A stretch of 64,000 nt of DNA from an uncultured Hyphomicrobiales bacterium. Lineage in GTDB: Bacteria; Bacteroidota; Ignavibacteria; Kapaibacteriales; UBA2268. The notes beneath the pieces were generated by a model. It saw nothing but the letters and a program-made list of their open reading frames with translations, was not told the origin of the DNA and did no database searches. Where the stretch lies: assembly GCA_964650885.1 (NCBI GenBank), contig CAZYXG010000002.1:86409-150408 (forward strand), in the 5' to 3' direction. Below, piece by piece: positions 57,851 to 64,000 of this stretch; position 1 is the first letter of the stretch; each line of letters starts with the position of its first letter. The translations under genes and the position numbers were made by a program.

Positions 57851-58570
57851 ATGTCAAACAAGATGCCACTTGTAAAAGAAGAATTAAAGTATCTCTCAAT
57901 CAAAGAATGGGACAAAAGGGATAGACCAAGAGAAAAACTTCTTAATAGCTCAGCTGAAGATTTAAGTGATGCTGAACTCTTGGCAATATTATTGGCAACA
58001 GGTTACAAAAGATTATCTGCACTTGATTTGGCAAAACAGTTACTTGCTCGCTTCGACAATGATTTAGAGAAGTTTCTAACTGCTCCTCCTGAAGAACTAA
58101 TGACTATAAAGGGAGTAGGGGTAGCCAAAGCAATAACAATTAAAGCTGCATATTCACTCTCAAAAAGAGTAATTATCACTGATTTCAAAAGCAAAGTGCA
58201 AGTAAATTCTACACTAATTATTTTGAAAAAGTATGTTCCAAAATTAATTGATTTAAAAGTAGAGCATTTCTATGCTATTTATTTGAATTCAGCAAATCAT
58301 ATAATTAAAGAAACTAAAGTAAGCGAAGGAATACTCAATGCCAGTTTGGTTCATCCCAGAGAAGTGTTCAAAGATGCAATACTAAACACTGCAGCTCGAA
58401 TTATACTAATTCATAATCATCCAAGTGGCAATCCACAACCCTCGGTGCAAGACAAAGAAATTACTAAGCAATTGCAAGATGCAGGCAAAATTATGGGAAT
58501 AGAAATCTTGGATCATATAATTATAGCAGGGAACAGACATTTTAGCTTTGCTGAGATGGGTTTAATTTAA
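57851..58570 (+). CDS. radC: RadC-family JAB/MPN-domain protein
   Basis: HhH segment IKGVGVAKA, JAMM motif HNHPSGNPQPSVQD. Confidence 0.85.
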   Translation: MSNKMPLVKEELKYLSIKEWDKRDRPREKLLNSSAEDLSDAELLAILLATGYKRLSALDLAKQLLARFDNDLEKFLTAPPEELMTIKGVGVAKAITIKAAYSLSKRVIITDFKSKVQVNSTLIILKKYVPKLIDLKVEHFYAIYLNSANHIIKETKVSEGILNASLVHPREVFKDAILNTAARIILIHNHPSGNPQPSVQDKEITKQLQDAGKIMGIEILDHIIIAGNRHFSFAEMGLI

Positions 58571-58574
58571 CTTC

Positions 58575-58602
58575 AAAAAAAAGCCATCACAAAGTGATGG
58601 CT
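58575..58602 (-). terminator. Intrinsic terminator of atpG; also the only hairpin after radC
   Basis: AGCCATCAC / GTGATGGCT stem with a 3-nt loop, followed on the - strand by T8. Confidence 0.75.
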
Positions 58603-58633
58603 AAATAAAAGTTATCTATTTTTTTTTAATTTC

Positions 58634-59527
58634 TTATGCTTTGGTAAGAGCTTCTGCCCCACCAACTATTTCAAGCATTTCAGTTGTAATAGCAGCTTGA
58701 CGTTTTGAGTTGTATTGTAAGTTCAATACGCCAATTAATTCATTTGCATTGCGAGAAGCGTTGTCCATAGACATCATCCTAGCAGCTTGTTCAGCAGCAT
58801 TTGAATCAAGTAATGCTCTCCAAACAGTCAAATTTACAAGTTTAGGAAGCAAATCATCTAAGATGGCTGCAACACCTGGCTCATAAACATAATCTAATTT
58901 GAATTTAGAAGCAACTTCATCTATCTTTACGCTTGGTACTAAAGGAAATAGTTGTTTTGCATTCGGAATTTGTCTAACTAAATTTACAAATTTATTGCCA
59001 AGAACATAAACTAAATCTACTTCACCAGAATTAAATTTTGATTTCATTGAATCTACAATTTCAACAGCAGTTTCAAATTTCAAAGCAGCAAAAACACCTG
59101 GGAAAGAATTAGGCATACTGTAAGCATCTTTATTATAATAAGATACTGATTTTTTCCCAACAGCTACAAAATGAAAATTTGCACCAGGAAATTGAGTTTT
59201 CAATTCATCTTTAATGAAATTATTTGCAAATTTCAATAAGTTAGAATTAAAACTACCACACAAACCTCTATCGGAAGCAACAACAATAATCCCAATGTTT
59301 TTAACCTCTTTGTGGTTTTCCAAAATCGGGTTTGTATAGCTATCGCCAACATTAGCAATTAGATTTGAAACTAATTCATCAAATTTATTGAAATATGGTC
59401 TTGCCGATTCAATAGCTTCCTGAGCTCTTCTAAGTTTAGAAGCAGAAACCATTTTCATAGCTTGTGTAATTTTAACGGTGTTTTTCACACCTTTTATTCT
59501 AAGTCGTATGTCTCTTAATGTAGCCAT
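58634..59527 (-). CDS. atpG: F0F1 ATP synthase subunit gamma
   Basis: MATLRDIRLRIKGVKNTVKITQAMKMVSASKLRRAQ and a conserved C-terminal helix. Confidence 0.92.
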   Translation of the reverse strand: MATLRDIRLRIKGVKNTVKITQAMKMVSASKLRRAQEAIESARPYFNKFDELVSNLIANVGDSYTNPILENHKEVKNIGIIVVASDRGLCGSFNSNLLKFANNFIKDELKTQFPGANFHFVAVGKKSVSYYNKDAYSMPNSFPGVFAALKFETAVEIVDSMKSKFNSGEVDLVYVLGNKFVNLVRQIPNAKQLFPLVPSVKIDEVASKFKLDYVYEPGVAAILDDLLPKLVNLTVWRALLDSNAAEQAARMMSMDNASRNANELIGVLNLQYNSKRQAAITTEMLEIVGGAEALTKA

Positions 59528-59536
59528 TATTTAAAG

Positions 59537-60499
59537 CTATAAGTATTGCGAATTTGTATTCAAATAGTTCAACAAATAATCGGAAACTGAATCTTCCAAA
59601 GAAGTAAATTCAAAGTTACCTATTGTTGATGTTAATTTTGTCAAGTCAGCTTGAGTAAAATTTTGATATTGATTTGCCAAATTTGTAGGCATATCTATAT
59701 ATTCAATTTCAGGTGAAATCTCAAGCGAAGTAAAAACAGAATTTGCTAAGTCATTCCAAGAGCGTGCTACACCAGTACCAACATTGAAAATCCCTTTCGC
59801 TTTGTTTTTATATAGTTTCATTATAACATTAGTTACATCTTTCACATATATAAAATCTCTACTTTGCATACCATCTGCAATTGCAGCATCATTGGATTTG
59901 AATAGCTTAATGTTCTTTTCATTCTTAATTTGATGAAAAGACTTATAAACCATTGAAGCCATTGAGTTTTTATGATATTCGTTTGGACCAAATACATTAA
60001 AGAATTTTAGTCCTGTAAAATATTGGTCGTAGCTATTTTTAAGTACCCACAAATCAAATATATGCTTTGAGAAGCCATAAGCATTGATTGGGCGAAGTTC
60101 TTCAAAAATATTATCTACGTATCCATATTCACCAAGTCCATAAGTGGCGGCACTACTAGCATAGAAAAAAGGAATGTCTTTATCCAATGCAAATTTAGCT
60201 AATGTTTTGCTATAGTTATAGTTATTACTAAGCAAATAATTAGAGTCGATTTCTGTAGTGTCAGTACAAGCACCCAAGTGGTAAATACTTGTAATGGTTC
60301 TTGCAAAATAGTTCTGTTTTATTTTTTCAAGGAACTCTTCTTTACCGAAAATTTCAGCGTATTTTTTTCCTAATAGATTCTTCCACTTAGCGGTACTGCC
60401 CAAATTGTCAACAATAACAATATCGTCAACTCCTAACTCATTAAATCTATGCAATAAGCAAGACCCTATGAAACCAGCACCGCCAGTAATAACAATCAT
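59537..60499 (-). CDS. hldD: ADP-L-glycero-D-manno-heptose 6-epimerase
   Basis: Collinear with E. coli HldD/RfaD: TGGAGFIGS, VDNL, ASSAATYG, YGFSK, QADLTKL. Confidence 0.85.
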   Translation of the reverse strand: MIVITGGAGFIGSCLLHRFNELGVDDIVIVDNLGSTAKWKNLLGKKYAEIFGKEEFLEKIKQNYFARTITSIYHLGACTDTTEIDSNYLLSNNYNYSKTLAKFALDKDIPFFYASSAATYGLGEYGYVDNIFEELRPINAYGFSKHIFDLWVLKNSYDQYFTGLKFFNVFGPNEYHKNSMASMVYKSFHQIKNEKNIKLFKSNDAAIADGMQSRDFIYVKDVTNVIMKLYKNKAKGIFNVGTGVARSWNDLANSVFTSLEISPEIEYIDMPTNLANQYQNFTQADLTKLTSTIGNFEFTSLEDSVSDYLLNYLNTNSQYL

Positions 60500-60500
60500 T

Positions 60501-62054
60501 TTAAGCTAAAGTACGTTTAAAATTTTCAACAAATTTAGATAAAACTTCGTCTAACTTAGCTTTATTTTCATTTGTCATTTCTTTTTTAATTCTCAAATCT
60601 TCTAAGATTTCTTTATGTTGAGTATCAATTAATTCGAAAAATTCAGATTCGAATCTGTGAAGTGATTCAACAGGAAGAGCATCTAAGTTTCCACTGGTAG
60701 CACAATAAACAAGAAGAACTTGTTTAGATACTTCCATTGGTTTATATTGTCCTTGTTTCAAGATTTCTGTCAATCTTGAACCACGAGTAAGTTGTTGTTG
60801 AGTGCTTTTATCCAAATCAGAACCAAATTTAGCAAATGCTTCCAATTCACGGAACATAGCTAATTCAAGTTTCAATGGACCAGCAACTTTTCTCATAGCT
60901 TTAATTTGAGCATTACCACCAACACGAGATACAGAGATACCAACGTTCAATGCAGGTCTAACACCTTGATTGAATAAGTTTGTTTCTAAGTAAATCTGAC
61001 CGTCAGTGATAGAAATCACGTTAGTTGGGATATATGCAGAAACGTCTCCAGCTTGAGTTTCGATGATTGGAAGTGCAGTCAAAGACCCTCCACCTTTAGC
61101 ATCGGAGAACTTAGCAGCTCTTTCAAGCAATCTACTGTGAAGATAGAAGATATCCCCAGGATATGCTTCACGTCCTGGTGGACGACGTAATAATAATGAA
61201 ACTTGACGATAAGCCGCAGCTTGTTTAGTTAAATCATCATAAATAATTAAAGCGTGTTTTCCGTTATCACGGAAGAATTCACCCATTGATGCACCACTAT
61301 ATGGAGCAATAAATTGCAAAGGAGCTGGATCGGAAGCATTTGCAGCCACGATAATTGTATATTCCATTGCACCGCTTTTTTCTAAAATACTAACAACTTG
61401 AGCTACGTTTGCACCTTTTTGTCCAATCGCAACATAAATACAAAAAACTGGATCGATACCAAGTCTTTTTGCTTCTTCAGAGTGAGTATATTTTTGATTA
61501 ATGATAGTATCAATTGCAACAGCTGTTTTACCAGTTTGTCTATCGCCAATGATTAGCTCTCTTTGTCCTCTACCAATTGGAATCAAAGCGTCTACAGCTT
61601 TAATACCAGTTTGAAGTGGTTCAGTTACAGGTTGTCTATCAATAACACCAGGAGCAGCACGTTCGATAGGATACATTTTATCACCTTTGATATCGCCTTT
61701 TCCATCAATTGCAATTCCAAGAGGATTTACAACACGACCAAGCAATGCATTACCAACAGGCACAGAAGCAACTTTACCAGTACGTTTTACTGTGTCGCCT
61801 TCTTTTACTAAAGTATCACTACCAAAAAGCATTACCCCAACGTTGTCTTCTTCAAGATTCAACACCATACCGATAACACCGTTTGGAAACTCAACCAATT
61901 CAGAAACCATTACTTTGGTTAAGCCATAAACACGTGCAACACCATCACCAATTTGAAGAACAGTACCAACTTCGTAAATGTCAGCTTCGTTCTCAAAGCC
62001 GGCAAGCTGGCGGCGTAATATCGCCGATATTTCTTCTGGTCTAACGTCAGCCAT
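60501..62054 (-). CDS. atpA: F0F1 ATP synthase subunit alpha
   Basis: Walker A GDRQTGKT. 517 aa, highly conserved throughout. Confidence 0.95.
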   Translation of the reverse strand: MADVRPEEISAILRRQLAGFENEADIYEVGTVLQIGDGVARVYGLTKVMVSELVEFPNGVIGMVLNLEEDNVGVMLFGSDTLVKEGDTVKRTGKVASVPVGNALLGRVVNPLGIAIDGKGDIKGDKMYPIERAAPGVIDRQPVTEPLQTGIKAVDALIPIGRGQRELIIGDRQTGKTAVAIDTIINQKYTHSEEAKRLGIDPVFCIYVAIGQKGANVAQVVSILEKSGAMEYTIIVAANASDPAPLQFIAPYSGASMGEFFRDNGKHALIIYDDLTKQAAAYRQVSLLLRRPPGREAYPGDIFYLHSRLLERAAKFSDAKGGGSLTALPIIETQAGDVSAYIPTNVISITDGQIYLETNLFNQGVRPALNVGISVSRVGGNAQIKAMRKVAGPLKLELAMFRELEAFAKFGSDLDKSTQQQLTRGSRLTEILKQGQYKPMEVSKQVLLVYCATSGNLDALPVESLHRFESEFFELIDTQHKEILEDLRIKKEMTNENKAKLDEVLSKFVENFKRTLA

Positions 62055-62077
62055 TTTTTAATTACCTTTTATTTTGT

Positions 62078-62620
62078 TTAATTTCCAGATTTTAGATCAT
62101 TATAAAGTTGTTTCAATTGATTAGCCACAGATCCATCATAAACCCAGTCATTAATTTGAACTGTAACGCCACCTTTAATTTCAGGTTTCACAGAATATGC
62201 TGCGATAACTTTTTTATTTGTGATGCTATGAAGCTTTGCTTCAATTTCTGATTTCATTGTCGCATCAATATCGATAGCAGTAGCTATTTCAACATTTATG
62301 ATGCCTTTTTTCTCATTATATAAATTTTTGTATTCAACAATAATATCTACAATCAAAGATTCTCTATGTTTGCTAGTTATTAAGTTTAAAAAATTTAAAG
62401 TGAGAACATTAATTTCTTTAGCAAACAATTCAGAAATTACGATTTGTTTTTTGTCGTATCGGATGACAGGACTTTTGAAAAAAGTACGTAATTCTTTTGA
62501 ATGCGAAATAGTGCTTGAGACATGGTTGCAATCATTTAATACAACATCTTCAATATTCAAATCTTTTGCAGTATTGAATAAAGCTCTAGCATATCTTATG
62601 GAGACGCGTTTCTCGCTCAT
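62078..62620 (-). CDS. atpH: F0F1 ATP synthase subunit delta (OSCP)
   Basis: RYARALF N-terminal motif, plus size and operon position. Confidence 0.8.
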   Translation of the reverse strand: MSEKRVSIRYARALFNTAKDLNIEDVVLNDCNHVSSTISHSKELRTFFKSPVIRYDKKQIVISELFAKEINVLTLNFLNLITSKHRESLIVDIIVEYKNLYNEKKGIINVEIATAIDIDATMKSEIEAKLHSITNKKVIAAYSVKPEIKGGVTVQINDWVYDGSVANQLKQLYNDLKSGN

Positions 62621-62622
62621 AA

Positions 62623-63114
62623 TTAATTATTTGAAATTTGAGATATTGAGTCATTGATCATTTTCAAATGAGCATCTTTATCTAATTTTTGATTCAAAAT
62701 CTTTTCAGTTGCATCTAGCACTAAGCCAGCTACTTCTTTTCTTAATTCAATAATAGCAAGATCTTTGCTACGTTCAATTTCTTTATTTGCATCAGCAAGT
62801 TTAGCTACTTTAGCTTTTTCTGCTTCTTCAATAATAGATTGTTTGATTACTTCTGCTTGTTCTTTGCCTTTAGCAATCATAGCTGAAACTTCCATTTGAG
62901 CTTGAGCTAATTTATCATTTGCTTGTGAAAGTAAATGCTGAGATTGCGTGTTTGCATTGTTAGCAGCATCAATAGAAGATTGAATATGATCTTCACGTTC
63001 TTTCAAGCTACCTAAAATAGCTGGCAAAGCAAATTTAATCATTATAAAAGCTAATACAGAAAAGCTTACTAATGTCCAGAAAAACAAACCGGGTTTTACT
63101 GCTAAAACATCCAT
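62623..63114 (-). CDS. atpF: F0F1 ATP synthase subunit b
   Basis: Single N-terminal TM helix, then a long charged helix. Operon position fits. Confidence 0.8.
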   Translation of the reverse strand: MDVLAVKPGLFFWTLVSFSVLAFIMIKFALPAILGSLKEREDHIQSSIDAANNANTQSQHLLSQANDKLAQAQMEVSAMIAKGKEQAEVIKQSIIEEAEKAKVAKLADANKEIERSKDLAIIELRKEVAGLVLDATEKILNQKLDKDAHLKMINDSISQISNN

Positions 63115-63168
63115 TTTTTTTAACCTTAATGAAAGGGTGAATATTCCTATCCACCCTTATTAAAAAAA

Positions 63169-63387
63169 TTACTTGCTAATTAAAGTGAAGCAAATGAATA
63201 ATGCGAAGAATGCAGCACCTTCAATTAGGGCAGCTGCAATAATCATCATTGTTTGTAATTTACCGAATGCTTCTGGTTGTCTTCCAGCTGCTTCCAATGC
63301 AGAAGCTGCTAATTTTCCAATACCAATACCAACTCCAATAAGTGCGATACCAGCGCCAATACCTGCTGCAAGATGAGCTAAATTCAT
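63169..63387 (-). CDS. atpE: F0F1 ATP synthase subunit c
   Basis: 72-aa hairpin proteolipid, GxGxGxG helix 1, carboxylate in AALIEGAAFF. Confidence 0.9.
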   Translation of the reverse strand: MNLAHLAAGIGAGIALIGVGIGIGKLAASALEAAGRQPEAFGKLQTMMIIAAALIEGAAFFALFICFTLISK

Positions 63388-63447
63388 TGTATTCTCCTAG
63401 GATAAAAAATTATTTTTATGTTTAAAAAAGTTGTTTCAATTTCAAAT

Positions 63448-64000
63448 TTAATGATGTGCTGCTTCTTCTTCTGAATGATCGCCAATAGCTAAACCTGTAA
63501 AGATACAAGTTAACATTGTAAATACAAACGCTTGTAAAAAGCAAACTAATACTTCCAATAACAAGATAAAAACTGAGAACGGAACTATAGGAAGCGCGGC
63601 AAAAACAGCTTTGTTTACTATTATTACGCCAGTAAGTGCTGCCAATATTAAGTGACCAGCAGTCATATTTGCAAATAACCTCATTGTCAAAACAAATGGT
63701 TTGATTACAAAGTTAGACAATACTTCTAATGGAAACATTATCGGAAACATATACCAAGGAGCACCACCTGTAGCTAAATGGGCTACATAATGTTTAACCC
63801 CCCCTTCTTTGATACCAACGACATTTATTACTATAATAGAAATAAATGAAATAGCTCCGTTTATCCAGAAAGCAGAAGTTGCGGTGTGTCCACCAGGCAA
63901 CATACCAATATAATTCATTGTAGCAATAAAGAAAAATAGCACCACAAAGAATGGTAAGTATTTATCTGCGATTCTATTTGAAGGTAAATTTGGTCGAACA
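63448..64000 (-). CDS. atpB: F0F1 ATP synthase subunit a; 5' end lies outside the window
   Basis: MRLFANMTAGHL with the essential Arg. The frame stays open to the window edge. Confidence 0.85.
   Translation of the reverse strand, partial: VRPNLPSNRIADKYLPFFVVLFFFIATMNYIGMLPGGHTATSAFWINGAISFISIIVINVVGIKEGGVKHYVAHLATGGAPWYMFPIMFPLEVLSNFVIKPFVLTMRLFANMTAGHLILAALTGVIIVNKAVFAALPIVPFSVFILLLEVLVCFLQAFVFTMLTCIFTGLAIGDHSEEEAAHH

Noticed and set aside
54112-58633. The Fic-Fic-Fic-radC locus as a prophage, integrative island or classical toxin-antitoxin cassette.
   Set aside because: There is no integrase, transposase, flanking tRNA or direct repeats, and no visible compositional shift. No small antitoxin ORF lies between the genes. 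radC is full length with HhH and JAMM motifs, like the housekeeping form.
1-64000. tRNA, rRNA, tmRNA, RNase P or riboswitch candidates.
   Set aside because: I saw no T-loop/acceptor-type signatures or rRNA-like blocks in the intergenic regions. Leaders upstream of ribE, folP, gcvH and glnN are too short or too AT-rich for the corresponding riboswitches. An Infernal scan would be needed to exclude them formally.

Overview
AT-rich (roughly two thirds A+T by eye), densely packed chromosomal segment with about 60 protein genes. I found no rRNA, tRNA, CRISPR array, integrase or transposase. The gene content suggests a member of the FCB group (Ignavibacteria/Bacteroidota-like). The clues are several secreted proteins with T9SS-type C-terminal sorting domains, a type III glutamine synthetase, TAnnTTTG-like -7 promoter boxes and a split ATP synthase operon; this taxonomic call is inference only. 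Most of the window is housekeeping: glnN, hpnC/hpnD, rarA, folP, an ECF sigma/anti-sigma pair, gcvH, kdsA, ftsK, phoH-cdaA-miaA-dacB, elbB, ispE, ltaE, a GH3 NagZ-like enzyme, pckA, ribE, ftcD, murC, two SurA/PpiD-type chaperones, an NtrC-type regulator, gltX and atpBEFHA-(hldD)-atpG. The most unusual locus is a tight four-gene + strand operon at 54315-58570. It holds three tandem Fic-domain paralogues, all with an intact HPFDDGNGRxxR active site, followed by radC. The auto-inhibitory (S/T)xxxE(G/N) motif is intact only in the short third copy. The two long copies share an uncharacterised C-terminal module of about 170 aa. Other items worth a second look are listed here.
- An ADP-heptose epimerase gene sits inside the ATP synthase operon.
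- A 63-nt tract of 7/14-nt tandem repeats abuts the promoter of a T9SS beta-helix protein.
- About 240 nt next to that tract are unexplained and contain a perfect 13-bp hairpin.
- A 509-bp gap has no gene.
- An overlapping pair consists of a small ORF and an HTTM-type membrane protein.
- An anti-sigma-like protein has a C-terminus that looks like an outer-membrane beta-barrel.
All functional calls come from motif and sequence recognition by eye. No searches were run.
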